64,000 nucleotides of DNA from assembly GCF_001194135.2 (NCBI RefSeq), contig NC_069003.1:35965191-36029190 (forward strand). The letters are read 5' to 3'. The translations under genes were made by a program, and so were the position numbers. Below are positions 52,961 through 64,000 of this stretch, piece after piece. The notes beneath the pieces were generated by a model. That model saw only the letters and a program-made list of their open reading frames with translations, did no database searches and was not told where the DNA came from. This DNA comes from Octopus bimaculoides. Taxonomy: Eukaryota. Position 1 is the first letter of the stretch. Each line of letters begins with the position of its first letter.

Positions 52961-54485
52961 CTATAATGCTGCTGATGTTGGTGCTGCCATCATTGTGATA
53001 AGTACCTTTTCCCGCCACGTCTCAGACAGCCATCTTGAACGTATAAATATTTTCAAATTCAAAATTATGTTATAATTATTCTTTGAAATGTCAAAGAAAC
53101 AGACATTTCCTTTACCCCAGGTAGTGGACTAGGCGTTCAAATATTCTGAAGATTTGGAGCCGTAAAAGAACAAAGCAAACAAAGAATTTCGTTTTCATAC
53201 GCTAATTCTAGAAAAAAATATCTTCAACGCAAAGTTTTATGTAATGTGACCTTTATGGAGAACAAAAACATCAACAGCAACAACAAATATGATGGGGGAT
53301 AGGAGATGAAGAGGAAAAGCAGCAGTAGTAGTAGTAGTAGTGGTGGTGGTGGTGGTAGTGGTGTTGGTGGTGGTAGTGGTGTTGTACTTTATGTTGTTCA
53401 TATTCGAGGAGGAGGAAGGAGAAGAAGAAGAAGAAGAAGAAGAAGAAGAAGAAGAAGAAGAAGAACAACAACAACAACAACAACAACAACAAGAGGCTAT
53501 AAAAGGAATACAAGTAAAGGGACAAAAAAGAGTTGTATAGATGTCCCTGTTGAGATTTTCTGTCTTCATCATCGCCATTATTGTCTACAAACGCAGTTTT
53601 TAGTGCGAATGACCTCGTTGTGCATGGCGTTTCCTTGCTTCCTTATTCCCATTTGGACTTAATATTCCCTTGATCTATGCTACATCGCCTCCAGTCCCAT
53701 CAAGCGGTGCCATGGTGCAAAAGTCGATCGGTCTGCTTAGATTTCCACTGAACTTTGAAGGTTCACTAAAAAAAAACTCTTTCTTATATTCTTCAATTTG
53801 TGTTGCAGACAAATCGACGCCAAATCTCAGCAATCTTATAATCATTTAAACTTTTCCCCTGGCAACCAATGGAATGATTCAGTACAATTTTGGTTTTATC
53901 TAGTCTTATTTATTTATTTTTTTTTAATTTATGCACGATAGAACAACATGCCGGAGATAGTCTAGCGACTGACAGACGATTTGCTTTGATTCGGGAATTG
54001 AGTTCGAATCCCTACGAGGTCACAGATCATCTGGGATAGACGACTAACCAAATTGAAGCAAGGTGCGGTGGAAAGAATTTTCCCCGCTTCAGACAATTCA
54101 AGGCTGTTCAGAGCGGTTCCGGGTTCCCGAGGCGTTTGCTTTATTTGCAACGCATTGATAAATACACAAGGATTACGCTCCGCTATCTTAAGACTGTCTA
54201 CACCTCAATGATTTACCATCTCAAGTCTTTACAAATGCTTAGAATTACAACAACTGCAACAACAGAAGTAAGAACAACACAGTAAAGAACGCTATCTCTA
54301 CCGTTTCCCTAGCTTCGTAAAGTTGTAGTTGATGAAGGTGTGAAACCACCATGTTATTTATTCATAGGCAGAATGTCTGCTAATCTATTGGGAAGTCAGA
54401 ACAACGAGAAATTTTTGTGCTGTAATTATTACATTTAGAATTTCCAGTTACAGTTTGACATTTTATAATTAATAAGAAGGCCAAA

Positions 54486-54615
54486 AGACAGGGAGCTGAC
54501 AGAATCGTTAGCGCATCGAATAAATGCTTACTGACATTTCTTCTGGCTCTTTATGTTCTGAGTTCAAATCCCGTCGAGGCCAACTTTGCATTTCCTCGCT
54601 TCTGGACTGATAAAA
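54486..54615 (+). mobile_element. SINE family A, 5' part
   Basis: gagctgacagaatcgttagcg...tatgttctgagttcaaatcccgtcgaggccaactttgc. Confidence 0.85.
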
Positions 54616-55181
54616 TATCTACGCTTTTTTGTTAACATCAAGCCGAGCCTTGAGTACTTCTACTAAATATATGAGTATGAATGCTTATATTTCTTCAGGA
54701 ATAATTCTGTGGGTACAGTTGTCACACCAACACCAAATTGTATGGTTATTGTCTTTATGGACACACGACGGCATTCTCAACCGACTCTGTTCTGACGTCA
54801 CTATCCCTCCCACACCCCTCATCGTCTCTCCCCTCCACCCTGCCGTCCTTCAACCTCTTGTGCCAGCGATAAACGGACGCTCGGCTCTTACAAATTAATC
54901 TAAGACCGACTGGAGCATTTCATACGTTTTTTGCCCAGGTTAACACACAACTTTATTGCATAGCAAATATCCAGATTCTCTTCCCGACCTGACTGCATTC
55001 CCCAAACTAGTCAAGTGAGACAAGCAGTGTTTTGCAGGGCGTGTTCAATGAACTGTAACAGCCACCTCCTTCAGTCTGGAATTTAAAAAAAAACAGTTTG
55101 CAGGTTATCTAATTAGATGTAGAAGATAACCTTCTGGAACATACTTCCAATGTATAAGAGGAATGCCTAAAGTATATGCAT

Positions 55182-55212
<31 letters not shown>

Positions 55213-55342
55213 NNNNNNNNNNNNNNNNNNNNNNNNNNNNNNNNNNNNNNNNNNNNNNNNNNNNNNNNNNNNNNNNNNNNNNNNNNNNNNNNNNNNNNNN
55301 NNNNNNNNNNNNNNNNNNNNNNNNNNNNNNNNNNNATATATA

Positions 55343-55557
55343 TTGTTGTACTTGGGGATGGTCATATTGCCAGTTTAGCCAATAAAAACACACGCACTGT
55401 ATATTTGGTGTTAATTTGCTTCAGCTTTATATTACATTAATCTTAATCTTATTTCGGCCAGAGTTCTTTCGTCACACTTCTGTGACCTCATCAGTGGTCC
55501 TTTGTTTCCTTCCTTCTTATGTGTGTCTCACCTTGCTAAATATCAGCCATTTTCGGA
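55343..55557 (-). mobile_element. ~215-bp (TA)n-embedded cassette carrying a hammerhead motif (Penelope-like pseudo-LTR or retrozyme-like unit)
   Basis: Bounded by (TA)n on both sides and contains the hammerhead at 55456-55500. The element class is an inference. Confidence 0.6.
55456..55500 (-). ncRNA. Minimal type I hammerhead ribozyme motif
   Basis: Minus strand GGACCA-CTGATGA-G-GTCACA-GAAG-TGTGAC-GAAA-GAAC-TC-TGGCC: intact CUGANGA and GAAA cores, perfect 6-bp stem II, CUC triplet, and a 5-bp stem I with one bulged A. Confidence 0.8.
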
Positions 55558-55589
<32 letters not shown>

Positions 55590-56279
55590 ACATATATATA
55601 CATGTATGTATGTATGAATGTATGTATGTATAGTCTCAGGTTATGAATGAGTTCTCTCTCTAGTTATAAAGTACTTAAATTATACATATACGTTATGAGC
55701 ATTTGTGAGTACAAATTTATTTCTAACACTATTCCAGGAATTTAGGACTGTAACGGATTATGTGTCTCTTATTGAAAGTTCTTTTTTTTTCCTTCCGTGA
55801 AGAAAACTCTATATAGACAGATTCCATCGACTTACATGTACATGAAACTGGATCTCGTTCCAATGTCAAAAATTCGTAAATTCTATAAATTGAAGTTTCT
55901 CATATAATGAAAAAAAAGTTTTATCTCCGCCACATGTTTACTGATCCACTGCTGCTGATTATTATTTCTAAAGATGAAAACAAGTTGTTGAAGAATACCT
56001 CTAAGAATATTTTTCAATTCTTTTCTTGTAACTTTTTATTATAAAGAATATTTACAGGCGACACCAGGCGACCAACAACAAGGAAAACAGAAGAAAAAAT
56101 ACTTAGAAAAATGGTATACCGAAGAAAATGAACCATTCAACAAAACCATCCTCGAATCGATTACATATCAAAGTAAGGTCCTTCCCACACCTCTGCATGC
56201 ATCGTAATCCCAACGACGCTGCCCACGGAGATGGAGATGCTTCGAAGAATGAAGATATGGAGGAGGGAGTTTTATCAAA

Positions 56280-56314
<35 letters not shown>

Positions 56315-56379
56315 CTGAAGAACGAAAATAGGAAAGAAAAGTTTGAAAGAATAAAAAGAGGAGGATAGATGATAATTTG

Positions 56380-56416
<37 letters not shown>

Positions 56417-56902
56417 GGCGAACATCATGACCACTATGCCACCAGCGCAACGACAAAGATGACAATGATGATGCTGATGGTGGTGACGATAACGGGGAAG
56501 AGGTGGAGCAGGAAGAGAAGGAAGAGGACGGGGAGGACGACGACGACGACGAGGAGAAGGGTGGGAGGAGAAAGATTGGATTTCGTCTACAAGTGTTTAT
56601 TATGGAATCACACGGTATTAAGTTGCTACAGTCACTGCTGCTGCTGCTACAGGGTGTCAAAGGAACGATCTCCACCTGTCAGTGATAGATTCTATGAAAG
56701 AAAGGAAGAATACATACATGCACACATACGTATATACATCCACGCATTCAAACATACATACAAATGTACGTACATACATTCATACACACAAATATTCTAC
56801 AAAAAAAAATTACAATGAAAGAGGAAAGGAAAATAACGAAAAAATATCAGGTTTAACCCTCGAAATAAAGACCCCAAATTTTTGACACACGCGCATGTTG
56901 AA

Positions 56903-57070
56903 GCACTAAGCACAAGGCGTGAAATTTGGTGGGGAGGGGGAGAAGTCTAGTCGATTACATCGACCCCAGAGTTCAACTGGTGCTTATTTCATCGACCCCG
57001 AAAGATGATAAAGGCGACATTTGCGGAATTTGAACTCAGAACATACGGACAAAAGAAATGTTGTTAAGCA
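56903..57070 (-). mobile_element. SINE family A
   Basis: gcacaaggcgtgaaattt...gtcgattacatcgaccccag...ggaatttgaactcagaac. Confidence 0.85.
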
Positions 57071-57311
57071 GTCTTGATTGTCTGCTGGCGGACAAAATGT
57101 CAAACTCGTTAAGTATAAATAGGAAACAGAAAGAGAGAAGGTCACTTGTAAAAGAGTTTTGGATTTAAATTTTGTGATGATCCTTGAGTATGCAACAACG
57201 GAGAAGCTGCTCTGATTGAATATAATCGAAACTTAAATCGAAGGCGTAAATGATTGAACCAACGAACCAAGAATAATCAGCGGGATGGAGTATTTATTTC
57301 TTCCACTTCTT

Positions 57312-57811
<500 letters not shown>

Positions 57812-58569
57812 GTTTACATTTCTCTGATTTCACTTTGACCTCGGCTGAATTCAACCAGGATATTGTACACATTATACATACAGTCAGACACTCAGTTGCT
57901 ACAATGTTGTTAAACTTGACTTCTATTTTAACTTAGACGGTTATCCACCCAAAACATTCCTTCGCAGTGAATAAAAATACTTATGTCTATAACTTCGAAG
58001 TAATTTATAACTAATATTACTGGAATGGCTTTTTTAGAATGTGAACTTCATATTTTGTTTTGTAACAGAGAAGAGAATCCGTAATTCTATCACTCAGTTC
58101 AACCCAATAAATCAGTCATTGCTGAAAACAAACTTTAAATACAATTTAAAATGACAAGTAGCTAACATCCATAGGCTTGGAGCCAAATGACGTAAATTCA
58201 CGTGAGTTGCTGAGATTTAATCAGTCGAAACGTCGTGTTTTTGTAAAACACAAAATTTGAGCGTTTTTAACAGTCTTGGAAGTCATTTTGCCAATAATAT
58301 AGGTTTACGGTTTTCTTTTTTCTTCATTCTCGGAGAATGGGAAGTGGCCGTAGTCTTCATTAGCTCTCGAGGTTGGGTAAGATGCCATTTATGGTGGTGC
58401 TGAATCTTTATAAGGCAACACCTATGGGAAAGAGAGAATTTTAGTGGGGCAAGTTTGAGGACGTCTTCACTGCTGTTTCTTCTAGCAGTCATACGATTAC
58501 GCAGAGGATCGCTTATTTCGTTACTGTTTGAAAAACGCCTTGGATTGGCTAAATAGTTATAGTATTAAA

Positions 58570-58737
58570 GAAAATGTCTGGCGGATTTAATCCGGTTCTT
58601 TATGCTCAGAGTTCAAATCTTGCTGTGGTCAACTTTGCCTTTCACTCTCCCAAGTTTACTAGTCGAGTACTAGAGCTGGAGTTGTCGACTATCGCTTTCC
58701 TGAAATTTCTGGCCTTGTGCCTATGCTAGAAGCAATT
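58570..58737 (+). mobile_element. SINE family A, older copy with (ATT/ATC)n tail
   Basis: agagttcaaatc...caactttgcctttca...ggccttgtgcct, followed by a trinucleotide tail at 58737-58819. Confidence 0.75.
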
Positions 58738-58746
58738 ATTATTATT

Positions 58747-58820
<74 letters not shown>

Positions 58821-59036
58821 GGCAGCGAGCTGGCAGAAACGTTAGCCTGCCGGGCAAAATGCTTAGCGGCATTTCGTCTGTCTTTACGTTCTGAGTTCAA
58901 ATTCCGCCGAGGTTGACTTTGCCTTTCATCCTTTTGGAGTCGATAAAATAAGTACCAGTTGAGCACCGGAGTCGAGGTAATCGACTTACCCCTTCCACCC
59001 GTATTTGCTGGTCTTGTGCCAACATTTGGAACCAAA
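58821..59036 (+). mobile_element. SINE family A, best-preserved copy
   Basis: A-box-like tggcagaaacg and B box gagttcaaattcc in a tRNA-like head, with complete body and tail. Confidence 0.92.
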
Positions 59037-60328
59037 ATTAATACACATTAATCCTGTTTCGATCTCTTCCGCACCATTTAAAAAAGAAAACATGACTACC
59101 CTCATTAAGCACTAATTCTATTTCATGAAAAGATATTCGACTCCATTCTTTTATCCTGCTCAGCAAAACCTTACCCAGTGCAATGTGCATATCTTTCTTA
59201 CCTTTCTATAATTAAGATCTTATCAGAGCAGGTTTACAATATCATCAGCCGAAGGAGTGTCTTCACAAAACAGCCAAAATATTTCTGAATGTTTCCATAG
59301 AATTATAAATATATAAAAAAGAAAAACAGCAATCTTTGATGGAATGTCGTCTATCAAAGGAAATACAATAAGAATGCTATTCTCGTGTTTAATAGGAAAC
59401 AAAAGATGAATGTTGCCGGGGAGGATCAGCTGGTGCAAGACTCACGTCTTCAGTAAACGCTACCCTCAGCTGCTTTATATGGGAGAGCCTACAACTGTCT
59501 TGATTATAGGTTTTCATTCATTAAAATATTCCTCAGTACAGTTAGTTACAGATTAAACAAAAATCAGTGTTGGGTCCTTCTATTTGGTGTAGGAACAATT
59601 TTTCAAGGTTTCGTCTTTAGTGAATTTACAAAAGTCGAAGCTATGTCTTGAAGGAAAGAAACTATTTCGTTCCCATTTTAGCATGTTGGACAACAGTTTA
59701 AAACTTCCTTCATCGGACTGTGTTGCTGATATTTTGCCAAACAAAATTCTGATGTGAAAAACACTAAATATCAACGGATCGTTATGAATAAGTATATACC
59801 TTGATAATCATCTGTCTGTCTGTTTGTCTGGCTGTCTCTCCCCCACACACAGACATACTTTCATCCACCCACACACAAATATAGGAAGAATAAACAGTCT
59901 TGGGATAAAGATTGCTGTAATCAATTCTCATTCCAAGGGATAAGTTTTTATGCTGAAGCAGGAAGTGGTTATCAAGTATCTCATAAGACACAGAGATATA
60001 AGATGATCGTGTGAGAAAATACTATAGACCACATGGGGAGGAAAGACGCTAATCATGTTATGTAATGTTCTCGACAAGTTCAGTTCTTCAACAATATCTT
60101 CATCTGAGCTATTGGATATATTTCTCAAATGTAGATATATATACTCGTTTCACAAGAAAGCTGTATTAGTTGAAAATTTATTTTATGTTCCATCAAATTC
60201 AAGCGAAACAGGCGCACGTTTTCTAAGGGACGTTAGAAAAGAAACAGCCGCTCTATTGTGGAATTCAGGTTGCTCATTCGACACATACTAGACATCAGAC
60301 ATTTTGATGTTTCTCTCGAACTCCGCTC

Positions 60329-60373
<45 letters not shown>

Positions 60374-60847
60374 TATGTATGTATGTATAAGTGGTGTTCC
60401 TGACAATCTCGGCGTTTTGTCCATCTACAAATATTTTATCCAATGTGTCCGCTCCTTCTCTTTCTCTCCCTCTCTCTCCTCCTCCCTCTCTCCCTCCCCC
60501 TCTCTCTTATCATCTCCTTCTAACAGCTCGAGTCCCCACGTCGAGAGTCTTCTGTTGATATGTAGTGACTTTGAGGATTTTAACTCCGTAATGTCTGGAG
60601 GAGGTGAGATACAATATTGTTTCCTTCTAGTGAGGAGCGATTGTGTCTGTGATATTTAAAAGAATCAAATTGTTCTGCAACTGTCGGCTAATATTTTCAA
60701 GGTCTCCGTTCATGAAGAGTATCAAGACTTGGTGTGAGGTGTCAAGGCTACATGTGAATGATGCCTGCATGTTGAAGTAAGAGTGGTTGTAAGCAGATTG
60801 TTAATTTATAAAAGAAAGTATGATTCCATAATTGATAAAATTTGAGT

Positions 60848-60882
<35 letters not shown>

Positions 60883-62624
60883 AGAAATGCCTATGCACAC
60901 AGGTACGATATAACAGGAAACTTCCAAAGTTGAGGGACAAATACAGTTCATTGTCGAGTTGCTTAACGAAGAGATCCACACACAAACATGGCCAAAGGTT
61001 TTATGACATTGCTGTCGCCGAACTTCTCAAGCTTGCTACACTACGAATGATTGACCTAGAAAAGCAAGTCCCATGGAGGCCTGCTTCTATGGAAGCTTAA
61101 CAGGAGGAGGAGGAGGAGGAGGTAGTCAGGTGTTGAGGGAGGTAATAGCTAATGACTGCATCATGTTGAGATGTTAAAAATATGAGCAAGCGGTCGTTGG
61201 CAGAGTTAAAGAGGCTTCCTTCCTTGAGGGTAGGACATGCTGTTATTAACTTATATCCTAATTGACTTATAATGTCTTGACACGCTTCATAAAAGAAATA
61301 TTTATCTTCACCAACCTTCCATTGCCGTGTCTCTTCAAAAATGTGGTAATGAGAGCAAAGCAACATTTCAGTGTTCATTTCAAAAAAACATACACTACAG
61401 CTTTTTATGACTGTGAACAAAAGTGCAATGCATTAAGTTGCTATTTCTGTTCTTGACATGATTAATCACATGACGACTGAATATCCTCGCCGTAAACGAT
61501 ATCCGCTGTATACAGCTAGTATAAACAACGAAGAAAGACAATTTGCCTGGCATGTCTTTTTTGTTTTTCTTTCTTTAGGAAATCTATCACAATCGAGTGG
61601 ATCCCCTGCTTTTCTATAATTAGCGACTAAGTAAACTACTTCAAAGTATTAAGCATACTTATTAGCTCACTTATGGAAAATATTACATCTACTAGGCATG
61701 AATTTTAAGCGTTTTTGTTTCGTAATCCAAACTGCTACGAAACCGGTCTCAGTGTATGGTTTCACTACTTATAACATAATTTTGTAAATCAGAACTTGTT
61801 TAACACATGCATCAAATTCTATTTTTTCCAGATGCTTGCTTGTCTATGACCACATTGTTGAGTTGTAAAAACCTTCACAGAAATAACGTTACTAATACAT
61901 CAGATGTCGAAATGCAATCATCTCACAGTTACATGCTTGGAATAGTGTTTCAAAAAAAGATGTCTAACATAACGTATTGTGAAGCGCACTGGATGTGTCT
62001 ATAACCTGTCTAAATGTTCCTAGCATATGTCCTTAACCAACACATTTAACCCTTGCTAGTTCACTCCATCTTTTGCTAGGAGTTACTGGGAAGCAGAAGC
62101 AGAGTACATATATTGAGACTTTGTACTTTAAAACTACGAGTCGACTTCGACGGAATTTGAATTCAGGGAGTAAACGGACATGACTCATTATTATAAGATT
62201 TTAAATCCGCCCCTTAACATGCAGTCCCGAGATTAAGTTTTATTAATATGGGATAAGCCGTTATAGAAGCCCTGAGCTGCTCCGTTCCTTCCACATCATA
62301 TCGAACTGGATTTGATGAAAATGAATAGGTTCGCATTTAATGCTGTAGTCATTGGTATATTTCGTCAGGTAACAAAACGTGTGTTCATCCCGCCTTATAT
62401 ACAAAATCTCTCCGAATAAAGACCAGACAATCATTTTGAATGACTGGAATTCAATGAATTTACACAAAACTATGAAAATATGTAAAACCTGTCATCTTGC
62501 ACAACAACAACAAGCTTCATCATTTGATATGGGTTTATTTTTCTAATGAAATGTGTCCAGAGTAGAGTTTCATTAAATAAAGCTGAAAGCAAATACTTAG
62601 GAATAGAGTGAGGCAATGAATAAA

Positions 62625-62785
62625 CCGAGTCTTTGGGGTGCAAGACAAACTGCCTTGCCGTATTTATTCCGGGTTTATTATGTTCTGGGTTCAAATCAGA
62701 CCGAGGTTCAACATTGCCTTCAGCCTTCGGGGGTTGATAAATAAAGTAGCAGCCGGGCGAGGTATGTGATAGGGGGGGAGGGAGG
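62625..62785 (+). mobile_element. SINE family A, decayed
   Basis: tatgttctgggttcaaatcagaccgaggttcaacattgccttcagccttcgggggttgataaa. Confidence 0.7.
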
Positions 62786-63127
62786 TAAATACAGGAACCT
62801 TTGGAACTTTGCAACTTTGGAGAGGATAACTTGTGGTATTTATTCCGGATGTTTGCGTTTTAAGTTCAAATACCCCACTGGCCTACTTAGTGGCATAGAC
62901 ATAATCCATGGCCCAGTTTCACGCCCCCACCCCACCTGATCCTTGGGTGCATTTAGACCTCCTGTTGCTGATATCTTCGTCGCATCACTCCTCGGAAGCT
63001 TTGAAAAGAATCATGGATACTGACCCCTCCCCTCACACACACACCTGACTTAGCGATAATAATTCTATAAATACACACACACACACACGCATTCATAATT
63101 TCTATACATGCGCCTATATGTGTATAT

Positions 63128-63163
<36 letters not shown>

Positions 63164-64000
63164 TATGTGGGCGTGCGTACATTTGCAAAGTATTTCTCAT
63201 AATACTATAATTCTCATATCTTCAAGTTGATTTTAAATTATTTTTAACTAGAAAACCTCAGTTATTAGACTCTGAAAAGTCTTTTACAAGCAAAACCATG
63301 GTAACAGACACCGTTGATATTTTCTCCTCGGTTTTCTATTTTCGCTTTCCGCATCGCGTTACGTATTTTTGCTTTGTCGCTGCTCAAAACAAATGGTTGT
63401 GCCTGTATAGTCCATATAGATGTATGTATTTATTTTGATACATGTGTCGTGATTTTATTTTCTACATTCCATTAGGCTTAACCGTCATTACATTTCATTA
63501 TATTCATTATATTACTGCTTCATTATTGAGCTCGTAGCGGAGGTGTGTCTATGCAAAAAGTATTTTCATTATATTTACGTGATATTTATATCGTGTGTGT
63601 GTGTATGTACGTATAACTCACATCTGCGGTGAGTTAACTTGGAAATTCCAAGCGACAATGTAACCTTCATTTTTAAAAAAATGAAAAAAATTACTTTATA
63701 TTTCACGGTCGGCATCCAAGGTTACCAAGTATGCGAATAATAATCCAAGAATTAAGGAATGAAGTAGATAAAATCCGTGCTACATATGCTTCATATATAC
63801 CGCAAGGTACTCTTCGGGCCGAGGGTATCTCGATTAAATGAAGGTTACATCGTCGTTAGGAGGCCCTTAATAAAAACACGCAGGATTCGATCAGAATACG
63901 TAGAGAACACAGTTTGAGTGGAGCGTCAAACTAATACACCTGTTTGTTATTCATACACCTGTCTTCGTCTTTTGTTTTTTTTTGTAAATTTCAACTATAT

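Noticed and set aside
54700-55090. Possible decayed CR1/Jockey-type LINE 3' end (VLQPLV.. motif)
   Set aside because: The similarity is too faint to support by eye.
56103-56818. Overlapping ORFs with poly-S, poly-H, poly-D and poly-R runs (also 53237-53662)
   Set aside because: They are trinucleotide low-complexity tracts that are open on both strands, with no domain signal.
58283-58435. Minus-strand strong acceptor (ctctctttcccatag) followed by short open frames
   Set aside because: There is no good donor, the candidate frames conflict, and it cannot be distinguished from chance.

Overview
AT-rich eukaryotic DNA saturated with microsatellites and broken by ten N-gaps. No intact protein-coding gene or long non-repetitive ORF is visible. 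The long ORFs in the supplied track are microsatellite, low-complexity or N-run artefacts. From memory, the interspersed repeats look like octopus (coleoid cephalopod) SINE families, but I cannot verify this here. The window reads as intron or intergenic DNA containing many tRNA-derived SINE copies, four decayed mariner transposons, two R4/Dong-type LINE remnants and one RTE LINE insertion. The strongest observations are: (1) a near-canonical minimal type I hammerhead ribozyme (minus strand, 55456-55500) inside a ~215-bp cassette bounded by (TA)n, plus three more decayed hammerhead-like motifs with unrelated stems, consistent with Penelope-like pseudo-LTR or retrozyme relics; (2) an RTE insertion with a 5' inversion and an exact 12-bp target-site duplication; (3) two mariner copies that each form a foldback hairpin; (4) a CpG-rich, promoter-like patch with an overlapping ETS-CRE motif. 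A few isolated exon candidates are given at low confidence. Repeat boundaries are approximate (about +/-20 bp) unless an exact motif is quoted.
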